DNA of 59,913 nucleotides, filler included, from Sphacelaria rigidula (lineage: Eukaryota): assembly GCA_964200075.2 (NCBI GenBank). It is 7 parts of 7 records of this genome, joined end to end, with 100 filler letters (N's around TTAATTAATTAA, not from the genome) between each part and the next. Parts side by side here need not be neighbours in the genome. Positions count along the whole stretch, not along the records: positions 1 to 8,475 come from CAXNAA020011022.1; positions 8,576 to 17,049 come from CAXNAA020011023.1; 5 more parts are not named here. One strand, written 5' to 3'. Both the position numbers and the translations under genes were made by a program. The notes beneath the pieces were generated by a model, which saw only the letters and a program-made list of their open reading frames with translations, was not told where the DNA came from and did no database searches. Below, in pieces: positions 1-11,849 of the stretch. Every line of letters starts with the position of its first letter. The first letter of the stretch is position 1.

Positions 1-72
1 CCTTTTGGGCAATCAGGCCGAGGAAATCGTGACTTTGGTGATTTTGAGTCGTGATGATTTGTCCTAACCGTG
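1..72 (+). mobile_element. End fragment of ~250-bp MITE family with CA(C/A)GGT(C/T)(A/G)GAC-type TIR
   Basis: Ends GATTTGTCCTAACCGTG. Near-identical to 42870-42930 and to the termini of copies at 1108-1315, 24478-24996, 35610-35852 and 44602-44854. Confidence 0.65.
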
Positions 73-99
73 AAACAATCAAATGTTAATGCGAGGTGG

Positions 100-2450
100 A
101 ACGCAAAATAATTGAGACGTGTGAGCTATTCGTCAATATACTTGTCATCCTTACAAGGCTTTGCAATTTTTCAATCCCATGTAGACACGGTCTTGTAGCT
201 CCTGGAGGTGTGGTGAAAAACTCTCACTCTTCACGTATGCCAATGTTCCGTCTGTACTTCGAGTTTTGTGCAGAAAACGTTTGACAGAAAAGACATCAAT
301 ATCCTCATCAAGGAGGCTTTGAGCTATGCCATTCGTTCTTATCCAACAATCGATTGCACTTTCCATCGCAAGCATTCCCTAAAAATATGTGAACATGCTC
401 TTGAACCGGAAATATTATCCTTCTCCTCGAGACGTACGTGAAGCTGTATTTGTGCGGATGAAGATTCTTCACCGTGCTGTGACTCAAAATTCCGACACAG
501 GCGTGACGAAAAAAGGTTGAGGCTCATCAGCGAAAACCGATATGTCGGTGTATCGAAAAATTATTCGACCGCATGAAACGGGCGGCAAATCCGCCGCTTG
601 TAACGCCTATAGAATTTTGATGTTCGACCGCCCTCTTACAGAAGTAATAGCAGTTGCAGGGATCCTTTCCATTCCGATGGATGGACTGGCAACCATAATG
701 GTCCGTGTGATGTTGAACATCCGCACAGTAGAATTTACCCAAACCCCAAGCTGAATTCTATGGGTGATACATACATACATCTAAATACTCTGGTCCAGCG
801 TGAATCAGTACATGACGATCCGCAACGACCGAACATTCCGACGAGCGTGCCAGCGAGCGCAGCGCGTGTTTTTGCGCATCACCACTGCAGGCTCAAACAG
901 TCAAAATCAGTCATGCGATTTCCTACACAAAGAGGCGATGAAATGCAGAATACGAGACGGCTTGCTCGTGATCCAAACACACTCTAGGAAAACTTCGCGC
1001 GGTGTTCTCGATGGGAAAAAGTTGTCCCGAGCTGTGTCTTCTGACTTTCGGAGAAAAATGGCGTGTTGGTACACCATAATCGAGGCGCCCAAAAACTGCC
1101 AAGATCCCACGGTTAGGACGATGCCCAAAAGGGAGAAAAAAGTTGACCGCTGGTCCAACGGGTATCCACGCAACTTTTGCGCCATTCCACGTGTCTGGGC
1201 TGCGTTTACCTGGGTTGCAATGCTGAAAACAAAGCCTAGGGATTGATTCGTACGAGTCGAATCAGTTGTTCAAACCAACTAATTTCCAGACGAATCATTA
1301 CTTGTCCGACCCTTGCAAGATTCATTTCTTGTACGCGGCCACTATACTGCCTGTTGTGTCTGTAACTGTATCATCTGTACCGGACGTCCCGAATAGCACT
1401 GTTGAGCGGTTGTTTTTGCATTGGTGAATTCGTGTATGTCCTGTTTGACCATGCCCTCCAACTGTAGGCACTCTCTTGTTGGAGAGAACTGGCTGTCCAC
1501 TACTGATTATGGACCATAGCAAACACTGGGTGTTTGATCTTTGCTCTGCTGTTTCCAGCTGTCCTTGCGCACGTATCGGTGTTGACGATGTGTACAGCTC
1601 GCCCGCTGCGGCATGCTTGTGGGGAGGCGTTTTGGATTATTCTCGTCCCAGAACTTTTGAAGAATATACCCCGGAATGGAGCTATTTGAGAAAAACTCAC
1701 AGGTATCGCCAACGAAACTGATTCAGGTCGCTTCGACATGTTTGGGTCCGAGCAAATGTGCACGCTTTGAATCGAAAAGGCAAGGCGAAATTCGTGTAGC
1801 GGTACTTTTTCATATAAATTCATTAGACAGCACAGTACAGACAAGATAGATTGTACAACAGTGGCGGCCTGTACTATCTAGATATAGTGTGTTTCGCACA
1901 GCATGCAGGCGCGATGTAGAAAAGAAGCGGGCGACGCGACATACAGGAGGATGCGGAGCAGAATTCAACCACGTTCTGCACCGCCTCTCTGTCCGTGAGC
2001 GCGTTGACAATTCGGTCGCCCACCCCAACACGCAATTCAGTCGGTGGACTCTGCCACCAAATCACATGCCCAAGTTATCGCCAACGAAAAAGAGACACAT
2101 CATGCCCACAGAGTGGTGGTGTCGGTTCCCCATCACTGCTGCAGTATATATCCCTTAACGGAGTTCGTGATCTATGCCGCAGGGTTGGGTAGGTAGCTGC
2201 GAATGAACCGTCTGGGTTTTGCATACTTCTGCGGAAGGGTAGTATCTGTAACGGTTTTCTGCAACAAAGTTATGTGACCCTTCGTTCATTCCACCACTCG
2301 TTCCGCTCGAAAAAGCTAAGCGTTTCTGTTTAGACGGTGCCCAAAATGGACTTGAAGCTATCTGAAAACACAAGTGCCGTGGACGTATCCGATACGGCCT
2401 CGTAGCGACCAATTCGATTCGACCGCATGTTTTCGAGACGATTTTTTCTT
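100..2450 (-). mobile_element. Highly decayed Ty3/Gypsy-like pol remnant (RT/RNase H), interrupted by a MITE
   Basis: Frame-shifted minus-strand fragments occur in pol order: VSFSQIA (D..SG.QI-like), WQFLGAS (RT thumb QFLG), LGKFYC..HTDH (RNase H KF..Y....TDH). Many stops; boundaries approximate. Confidence 0.45.
1108..1315 (-). mobile_element. MITE (CACGG/CAAGG-TIR family), internally deleted copy
   Basis: Starts CACGGTTAGGACGA and ends GTCCGACCCTTG. Flanked by a near-perfect 8-bp duplication CAAGATCC (1100-1107) / CAAGATTC (1316-1323). Internal sequence is shared with other copies. Confidence 0.7.
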
Positions 2451-2466
2451 GCAAGGGCCTATCTTA

Positions 2467-2938
2467 GGCTACTTCTCATGTATCGAAAAGTAAAAGTTGT
2501 TGAAAAGTGACCTTTTTTTGCCCTTCTCCGTCGTTCTTGTCCCCCAAAGAGGGATAGGCGGATGTGGACACCTTGGAACGACTTGCTCTACTCGCTGAGG
2601 CTGTTCCAGAGCACCTTCGCGTTTTCTCTACGTCACAGTTTCGTTCTTGGCCAAAAATGCATTTTCAATAACGAACGGTCGAGTTATTAAAAAAATGACA
2701 GTTTCCCCCCTGTTTTCCGATAACTTGACCGTTTGTTATCAAAATGCATCTTTGGCCAAGACCGAAAATATGACCTACAGAAAACGCAAAGGTGCTCTGG
2801 AACGGTCTCAGCAAGTGGAGCAAGTGATTCCAAGGTGCCCACATCCGCCTGTCCCTCTTGAGGAGACAAAAACGACGGAGAAGAGCCAAAAAAAACACTT
2901 TTCAACAACTTTCACTTTTCGATACATAAGAAGTAGCC
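2467..2938. mobile_element. 472-bp fold-back MITE, PIF/Harbinger (Tourist)-like
   Basis: Arms ~2467-2687 and ~2720-2938 are reverse complements (GGCTACTTCTCATGTATCGAAAAG ... CTTTTCGATACATAAGAAGTAGCC). TTA target-site duplication at 2464-2466 and 2939-2941. Confidence 0.85.
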
Positions 2939-3655
2939 TTAGCACATTAGTTTTTGATCAAAATTGTGAGGTGGAAAGAAAAAATCTCGCATCTGATTGG
3001 TCATGCATTTAACCCCTTTCAAAATCAACGGCGATGGTTGGAATTAGGACCCATCGGATCGGGATTTTGCGTTCCACCCCACAATGTCGATCGAAAACTT
3101 ATGTGCAAAGACAGACCCTAAGATACGGCGTGAAAATGCGTAAACGCTCAAAACGCCACCCGAGTTGAGGCAAAAATCAGAGAGTTGAGAGCGGATGAGC
3201 ACCCGATGAAGCCAAATTGTGGAACATGACGCTCAGAACGATACGGAGGACCGGAGGACAAGAATCACGGAGGTTTTCGACTGCGGCAATCGCAAAACAC
3301 GGTAGACGGGAAGCACGATGCGCTTGGGCAGAGTCACACTGTCGGCGCACTTACTCGCGGAACCCGTGTTTGAACTTCTTTCACGAACACCATTACGCCA
3401 CTGCAGAGTGACGCGACGAACAGAGTTGGCACAGGCGGTAGACACTGCGTTCTCGCGCGCGAAAGTTCTGCGGGAAAATATATTTCTTTGGGCCAGGGAA
3501 AGCGTCACTTACCCAGTTCAATGTTTCGACTAGGTACGGAAACAGGAAAAAAAACAAATCGCACGTGAATGTCTCTCCGGACGCGGCGAGCGCATGGAGC
3601 ACATGGCACTCGCACAAGTCAGTTTTAACTTCATGAGTTGATAACACAGCCGGAA

Positions 3656-3827
3656 AACCCTGTGACAGCCGCGTTCTATTTGTCAACAGCTATCGCGCAA
3701 ACCGGTATGACGGTACCCGTGTGACATACTTCAAGGTCGACAACCCTGTGACAGCCGCGTCCTATTTGTCAACAGCTATCGCGCAAACCGGTATGACGGT
3801 ACCCGTGTGACAGACTTCAAGGTCGAC
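3656..3827. repeat. Tandem duplication, 2 x 86 bp
   Basis: AACCCTGTGACAGCCGCG...TTCAAGGTCGAC occurs at 3656-3741 and 3742-3827 with two mismatches. Confidence 0.95.
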
Positions 3828-6800
3828 TTCCGAGGACCAAGATACTACAACGGTTACCACGTCATTGTCGGGATCCAGTCGACATTTGTCCGCGGAGATA
3901 CTCCCATGCAGCAAAAGCGAGATCTCGCTCGCTCTCGCTCCCGGGCCAAATCAAATTTGAAAATGAAATGTGACTCCTGCGAGTCCCGTAACCCCAATGT
4001 GCGGTAGTATGGTAGCACTGGATACTGAGACAGTTGTCGCTGCAAGGTCCAAGAATTTTGTGGGTGGCCCTGCCCTGTCTGTACCGCACTGATGTTTTCA
4101 TCAGCGGCTTGGCTAAAACCGAATCTCAACAGAGGCATAGGTGTACATAATGATGCGCAAGCAATAATGACGGTCACAAATTTTAAATACATTTGGCTTT
4201 TGTCACTGACCAAGATATCGAAATTCGATGATCCCTGATAAGTGTCCCCAAGGACGGCCACCACCCTGCTCGTTTCTCAGTAACGAACATCAAGCATGAG
4301 CGCACTCCCCGTCGGCATACGGTCAGCGGCGGATAAAGTTAAAACCGCTGCCTCGCACTGAACAGCAATTTTTTGCGCTAACCTGCTAGTGCTGTATTTG
4401 TACGGATACTACCTGTACTGTCCCAGTGTTGAGCAATAAAAAGGACAAGCAGTACGACACATCTGGATACAACAAGGTCGAGGGAACTACGACGAAAAGA
4501 CTGAAAGTATCAGGCACCAAATGGTAGGTGAAGGATGCACGAACCAGTGGGTGGGTCAAGGGCCGCCTGTGCTGGGGCAGCTATACTGCATACAGGAAAA
4601 CGGTGTCTGTACGTATCACATGTGAACTCCCATCTTATGGTCGAGTAGCATCATGTCGAGAGGTTTACCATCCTCCCTTCCCTCACAAAACCTGCGGATG
4701 AGGTGTTGCGCAACCTATGTATGTATGTGACCGGGGCGACAAAATGCCTCCATGATACCTCACAGGCTCTGATAGCTAGTATTCGGGGTTTCTACACCGA
4801 AATGCCCTCATCGTATCCGCCCGCCCAAAGTGTCAATGATGACACGAGTCAAGGAATGAAGAGACAAAAGGGAACAAAATACCTGTTTCAATTTCGGCCC
4901 GTTCTCGGAACGTCAAGAAACAAAATGCTTGCCTCTCCGACACTGACGGGATATCCAGGCACGCAGCATGTGAAGCTTGCTTCCTTTGCTTCCACATGTT
5001 CCCGGTGAATTACGTGATCGAGGCCGCAGACAGCGCCATTCCAACTTCACTGTACAAGTTCAGCCGTATAATGTGCGAACTTGTGGACTCAATTGATGAG
5101 ACCCAACTCAGTACGATTCACTATTGAGAAACACGATGTGAATGCGTATCACGTGCGGTGTTGCCTTCACTTACTCAACTTACTACCAAGAGCTAGCTGT
5201 CTCAGTGGGTCATCTACGGTGTGGTGTGGTCGCCGCTGCGGGGAAGATGATGAGATATAAATTATATGAAAACACTTGCACGGTGCACGGGAGGCAAAAA
5301 AGGGTGATGACAGCGTCTGGTCGGCCTTTCGGGTATTTTATTCTGTGCGGTGTGTTTGTCCGATGCGCAAAACTCTGGTAGAACGCTCTGTCGTCAGTCC
5401 CCAGGGTACTGTTCTAAACAATAGCAGAGGGCACAGTAGTGCAATGAAGAGCGAGTTCGCAGTTGTTGCTCCTCGGTAGTGTCGTGCTCGGCCATAACGC
5501 TGCCCCCGCACGAAGCGACACCCCGTGGGTAACAATAACAGATGACGCTTCGAGATCAGAAATACGGTGTCAACCTCTGTCCTGACTGTACGTACAGTAG
5601 GGCTACTTCACTAATTAAAAGAGAGCGACCCCCGTGCATTCAAAAAAAGAAACATGAAATTATGAGTATGAGCACCGGGTAATACAAAACAGCACGGTGT
5701 ACAAGTGTACCGGTACAGGGCTTGCTGCACACTGAATAAACAAAACAGAGACTACCCGCGCATCATGAGATATCGGGTGTTGAGCTGCGGCAAGATGAAA
5801 CCTACACAGAAACCTGGTCTCATTCCACAAGGTCCGAACGAGAGCAAAGTGTGTGCTTGTTCCGCGCGTACAGTGAAACTTATATTTCCTCAGACAAATA
5901 CGGTTTTGCGAGTTCGTCCTATTATAATAGTATGTCGTGATGGGTGCGCGGAATGGACAATGGTTCAACACCTGCCTGTTACTATCCAGATGAAGGGGGC
6001 TCGCGTACCCTTCCGAAGTGAAGTGAAGAAGTGAGGAAGAGTACAGACAGTGCTCGCGGATTTGTGATGCTGGGTACTGAGCGTAACGTATCTTCTCCGG
6101 ATACGTGTGAAACACATGGGTTGCGATATACGAGGGCAGTTAGTTGTATGAAGGCCGCGCCCGTCCGTCTACGAGTTTCCAACGAAAAGAGCCGCGATGG
6201 GGCACAAATTTCTGTGTGGAAGGAGGGCCGGCCTTTTTGCAAAGCGTGGGAAGGCAAGGCTCTTTCCCTTAATGACCAGCACGCGCTCTGGTGCTCATCC
6301 ACTGTAAGGATTAGAACCTTGGTTTAAAGCGATCCCGGTGCATGTATTTCTCCACGAAAAACATCGTCCTGCACAACCCCATGACCAGAGGGAAACTCAA
6401 CAAGCTTTGGGACTGTACAAGAAACGAACTGCACGCAACAGACGTCCCGACACGCATGTACGCAAACTCCTCGTGAAAAGCCTACTATTGCCCGTTAGTG
6501 TACCAAAAGGAGAAAAAACGCCCAATGGCGGCTTTACAGATTCGGTCTTTAGTTTGGTACAGAAACGGCAACCGTCAAAGTACAGTACAGCATGTACAGA
6601 CGGGTTCCCTACCGATCGAGACCACGGACAGCAGAAGCCTCGGGCCGGTACACGTTACGAGTGAAAAAAACCACAGTACAACAAGCGAACGTCTAGCCAT
6701 AAGCAATGCAGCTGGTGTGCTCGCTGGTGTAAGTGTGTGTGTCGCTTTTACCGAAGAAGATGCGACGGTGACGGGGTTAAGTATTCTCTCCAGTATAGAC

Positions 6801-7704
6801 AAAAAAAAAAAAAACAGCACGCGCAAACACAGCCGAGGCAACATTCAATTTATTTTTTTATGGAGAAGAGAAAGCAGCGGTTTGTCCTGCTTCTTGATCA
6901 GTCTTAGGCACGTTTGTGGGTGTGCTCGTCACGGACGTCCCCTGGAACAAATAATGTAGACACATTTTGCTGCATCCCATCATACCTTCCTATGCTCGTT
7001 CCCCGTCTATCTTCCCTCTGCAGACGCAGTAGCAGCAGCAAGCAGCGGACAGAGGCAGGAGCAAGCAGGAATAATAGCCCTCCAGCTTTTTTGCCTAGTC
7101 TCCTCTTTCTTTCGGTAAACGAAACAAGAACCGTACAAAAACGCACCACAAGCAAAAGCGATCTCGAACAAAGGTTGCCGTCTCCAGAACGAGGGTAGCA
7201 GTGTTGCGCAACGGGAATCCGGCCCTTTCCTGAAATTAAACACGTGAGCCCCCCACCCCCTTCAACAACGCGTTTCCCGTTTGCCCCTCGTGCTTTCGTC
7301 GAAGCAACAATTATGCGTCCTACGCTTTTCCCACACAAGCCAAAGACAGACCGGTCCTAATACCGTTACCAGCTCTCAAAACACTCAGAAACACGCCTCC
7401 TACGTGAAAACCCTAATAGCAGGAATCACATGCAGATTTTTGTTAGTGTTCTGAGTTGTATTTGTATTTTTTAATTTTGCCATCGAACTACTATATCTGA
7501 GAGAGCTTTCTGATCGCTGGTCTGCGTGTGGGTGCGGGTGTACCGACAGCTGGCAAAGCTATGGCCGTGTAGCGTACTTCCGTTGTGACAGAATCAAGGT
7601 TATTGCGGTTTTTCCTCTGCGCATCTCGTCTTGTCTTGTCCTGCCAGTCTGAATAGACTGGTATAGAGCGTCGTCGTATTAACTTGGTCGCGTTGCCGGC
7701 AACA

Positions 7705-7797
7705 ATGGCTATCTCTGCGGCGGATATAGCCCCCAAAGCGTTCGGAGGCCTGGTGGCCGATGGTGGCGCACATCAGGATGTTGAAGACGATCTCCAG
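7705..7797 (+). CDS. Probable first coding exon of an unknown gene (rest not in contig)
   Basis: acaATGG start, MAISAADIAPKAFGGLVADGGAHQDVEDDLQ, ends CAG|gtgcga donor. No recognisable homology. Confidence 0.35.
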
Positions 7798-8401
7798 GTG
7801 CGATGGTTATTTTATGTTCCCGCCGTGCATTGCGGCTGTACTTGCTTCTCTTTCTTATGGGTCTATACAGCGCAAGCACAATTCAACTTTCAACGTTTCA
7901 GGCCATTTGTGTGTACACTGGCCATACGGGTCTTAAATGTTGTCAAAGGGGGTGTTAAACCCCGTCGTAAGACCCCGAGCTCGTTCGTTGAACCTATTTT
8001 TGTGGTTGACTTCTGAGGTGCCCTCATCACTGACGGCTACCCGCGTAAGTTTCTCGGTACGCATACTTACTGTTATCTTTTGACATTTCAAGCGATGTAT
8101 GTGTGTGGGTGTGGGTGCCTCCATCTTCCGCAGCAAATCGTGCGTGAAGGGTGTTATACACCGTCAAGTCTGGTGGTAGCCGCTGGGTGGTGCGGCAGAG
8201 CCTGTAAGATGTAGACAGCAAAGTACCACAGTGCATAAAGTATTTGCCCCGTCTTTTATTTCTGATTAGAGATTGACGTATACAGTCTAACTGGTAAAGC
8301 TGTCATCCAGACTCTTTCCAAAGATGCATGTCGCCTTTTACAACGTGCGTCTGCGGTCCAACACGGGAGAGTTTCAGGGCAAATCGGGTGCGCACACCTA
8401 C

Positions 8402-8475
8402 GGTCGCCCCGGTGGCTCAGTTGGTAACCTCGTAACCTTCTGATGGTTGAGTAGGGGGGTTCGATTCCCGGAGTG
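8402..8475 (+). mobile_element. tRNA-derived SINE, 5' head only (cut by contig end)
   Basis: A box TGGCTCAGTTGG and B box GGTTCGATTCC. Matches the heads at 18140 and 35964. Confidence 0.75.
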
Positions 8476-8575
8476 NNNNNNNNNNNNNNNNNNNNNNNNN
8501 NNNNNNNNNNNNNNNNNNNTTAATTAATTAANNNNNNNNNNNNNNNNNNNNNNNNNNNNNNNNNNNNNNNNNNNN
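8476..8575. other. Artificial contig linker
   Basis: 44 N + TTAATTAATTAA (stops in all six frames) + 44 N. Confidence 0.99.
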
Positions 8576-8812
8576 TCCCCTCCCCCTTCGCTCCCGTGGC
8601 GGACGCCCAAATCACGAGGGCAGGCCGCGCGGGGTCCCCCCCCCCCCCCCCCCCCCCACCCGCCCCACGTCCTGATCCTTCCCCCCGACCCTCCATTCCC
8701 ATTGAAATCTACGTCGGGGGTCCCAGGTACTTTCATTTCACTCTGCGAGTACCCTTGTAGCGAAGAAAAAATCTATAGTGAAGCGTACTGTGATCGCACG
8801 AACAGGTCTCAC

Positions 8813-11581
8813 CAACGAATCCTGATCCCATCGCTGCCGGAAAACACGCCTCATTACCATTTCGCCCCCTCCGGCTCGTCCTCCGCCGCCGCGGTGGAGT
8901 CCCAAACGCCGACCCGGGCGCTGTTCTACTTTCTTCCCCGGTTGCCGCGGCAGATCTCCCCGATGCTCCTGGCCAAGTGCGATGAAAACCGCGGTCACTG
9001 TCGTTTTCGGCATCATCCCACTGCGTTGACAGTCGCAGTGCGTGGGCGCCCCTTGGCGGGGGACTGGGTGATCCTCGCGGCACCTTCATGAGCGATGAAC
9101 AGGGACAGGGGGGAAGGGGGGGGGCGGGTACTCATTTGTTGCTTGCCTTAGTCGTTCGATCGTTGACCACACATCCCGTTCGAAACGTAGCATAGTTCCT
9201 ACTCCTAATAGAGATACCCCCCAAAAATTAGGTGCTCATTACGTTTCTTCCATATATGACACAAAAACACGAAGGAGAGAGGGGGGGGCAAGGGAGGCGG
9301 AATATTCGGCGGAAGGGCCAAAGTTTGGGCGGGATGCGGGAGTCGAACTTACCGTACCTGAGAATAGGCCGCTTTCCAGTCTACGGCGTTGTGCGCCATG
9401 TCAACCGGCCTATCCCATGGCTCTTCGCCGTCCTCTGGAAGATCCAACGACTTCGTTACGTCTATCCCCTTTGTCATGGATGATCATTGCAGAGTGACGC
9501 GCGCATGAATTAATCGAGAACATCGCGATTGACGGGTGAAGAGGAGCGTGGGTGACGGTAAGGAACACAGCACAACGGCGTCTAGAGGAGGAAGAAGAAG
9601 GAAAAGGCAATCGCAAAGCAGAATGGAGAAACGACAGATGAAGCACGAGGGAAACATGGTGAACTGTGGTGAAGCAGGCAGGAAATGGGAAACCGAGGAC
9701 GGTGCAGAAGAGGTATAATGCGTACTTGCTGTACTTGATGGCCATGCAATGTTATGATGGACCAAGAATCCAGCGGATGCCAAAGAAGCTGCGTGGCATC
9801 CTACTGTGTACCTTGCGGTTCCACAGACAGTCTCGTGTCACCGCTTTTTCTGAGTTGACCGTATGATGAAAATGCGCAATATGGTTCGTGTTCTCATGTC
9901 CTGGTGAGAGACGACTGTAATCAGATACCGTTGTAGCATGGCAGATACTACTCTGTGCGATGGGACAAAAGTATATCTTCGTTTTACGCACAGGGTGTGT
10001 TTATCAGCACATACTCTACTTGATGTCGTCTCACCCCTTTCTCCCCTAGCTTCCTCGCTTCCCTCTTGAGCCTGGAATAGCTGTACTTCAGATCCTCCAC
10101 CTCCTCGAAAAATCCCAGATCAAACATCTCCAGTTCCCCTTTCAGCCTGGGGCACGATGCGTAGGCGACTATATCAGTTCCATCGTTCGAGACATAGCTG
10201 CACCTATTACTGTCCCTGTCTCCCCTAAAACGCCTTGCCATTGAGCTCACCCCCCCGCCATGCTTCCTTCGTCTTCAAAGGAATGCATGGCCAATGATCA
10301 AATGACTAAGGCGAGCAATAAATGAGTACGACCCCCCCCCCCGCGCCCCGCCCTCAGCCACGCTTGGTTCACCACTTGATGCCGCAGCAACCCTTTGAAA
10401 ACATTGGTGATATTTTCAACCCATCATGCGGATACCGTATTCGACAGCCGCTCTATGACAAGGAGGAAAGATCAAAACAAGCCGTTTCATGTAATGGCTC
10501 GCCTGCCGACGATGCTGCGTATCCCTGTACCATTCTGCAACCCTAACCCTGACACCGATGTGGGCTACTTCAGTACATACGGGGTAGCACAACACCGTCG
10601 GCGGGGAAGGGGGAGTAACCACCTTCCGGAAGAGGGACACACGAAATTAAACCGGTATCTGTAGTCGCTAGAGCTCGGAAATGGCACCAGTTATAACTGG
10701 CCATTATCGTTATAATGGTAATAATGGTAATGGTTATATGAAAAAATTGGATCATTGTTTCAAACCATCACTTACCGTTACCGGCTTTTGTCATTGCAAA
10801 TTGCCCCAAATTCAACGTATTTTCAGGCTCTCGTGAGGCCAAATCGCGCATAAATGTGCCTCCGGCACGGCGCCTCCAGCGGGGTTCTCCGGGGGCACCG
10901 CCGGCGGGCCCCCTGTGCCGGGGGGAGGGGGCTTTTTGGCTCGCGGCTACGCCACTCGATGACCAAACCGTTATGTACCATTTAACTATGTAATAATTAT
11001 ACAAACCATTTCCGAGCTCTATTCTAGTAATCGAAGCGCTCCTGAAACGCTCATCACCTGGCATTCTCCCTCTCCAACGACTCGGCCCTGTCACGCTCAT
11101 CATACCCTCTACGGTTCACGTGCCGTGGCCTCTCGGGATCCCTAAGGTCGACGCCTCTGGTAAAAATAGTATCGTCTTTGGAAAGCTCGTCTCTTGTCCC
11201 GCCTTCGACCTCGACAGCGGCATGCCTGTTTTTCTGGCCAGGTGAAGACGATAGAGCACTGTTTCCTGAGGGAGATAGGTGGTCGCCATTGGTGAGATGT
11301 GGGGGGGAGTCCATCGGTTTGAGTGTCGATCGGGGGTCTGAACTGGATCGTGGATCGAACGTCGGGTGCAGGGCTGAGCCGATTTGTGAACCAGGGTTGG
11401 ATTGCAGAGTTGAGTCGGCTTGTGAAGCAGCTCGACTAGAGGCGGGCTGTAGCCCACTGGAGGATTGTGGGTCGCCGCTGCGACGAAAGATTGATGCAGA
11501 TTGTGGACCGAATAGTGCTGTCAGAAAGTCCTTGACGTCGAGCATTCCGCCGCGTTCCGCTCTGAGTGTGTCCGACATCGC
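8813..11581 (-). CDS. Partial spliced gene carrying the CEP290 C-terminal motif (CEP290-like ciliary/centrosomal protein)
   Basis: Phase-compatible exons 11058-11581, 10035-10146, 9358-9468, 8813-9083. Splicing gives ...LERENAR/LKGELEMFDLGFFEEVEDLKYSY, matching the recalled CEP290 motif LKKELENFDPSFFEEIEDLKYNY. The last two exons are less certain (AAG acceptors). Confidence 0.7.
10250..10329 (+). repeat. Diverged 3'-end fragment of the ~560-bp C-run-associated element
   Basis: Ends ATGAGTAC followed by a C-run and is preceded by a C-run. Loose alignment to the family 3' end. Confidence 0.45.
10669..11021 (+). mobile_element. 353-bp MITE, hAT-like TIR, intronic
   Basis: Perfect 16-bp TIR TAGAGCTCGGAAATGG ... 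CCATTTCCGAGCTCTA. A second copy lies at 34297-34640. No clear TSD. Confidence 0.85.
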
Positions 11582-11849
11582 CTGCAGTTGGGACGGGCCA
11601 CGACCAATGGGCGTCGAGAAGCAAATATGTTGTGCACTAGCAGGTGTAATACTTGACAACGATCTATAAGTAGTGTTCTTGTGCTACCATGAACGCCAAA
11701 ACACTTTCAGGTTGCTCGTTGCGCTTGGAGCGTTGCTAGAAAGTCAAGGGTAGACATGAACTGTAAGGTAGCGTTTACCTCCATTCGACCAACCCGACGA
11801 AACTTTACTCTGAGCTGCGGAATGTCCGCTGTCTTGCTTACCGATCCGG

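Noticed and set aside
1108-1290. RT-like peptides DSYESIPRL / LDQRSTFFS
   Set aside because: They fall inside a non-coding MITE found in several other places, so the resemblance is coincidental.
4200-7370. Minus-strand spliced gene (exon-like pieces near 4210-4265, 6320-6415, 7147-7229)
   Set aside because: Splice-like signals are present, but I could not build a consistent frame or recognise a product.
8402-8475. tRNA gene
   Set aside because: The D stem cannot close (GCTC has no GAGC partner), and the sequence matches the heads of SINE copies elsewhere.
8520-8531. Regularly spaced TTAATTAATTAA motif (every ~8.57 kb) as a biological repeat
   Set aside because: It is embedded in N runs and is a six-frame stop linker added during assembly.
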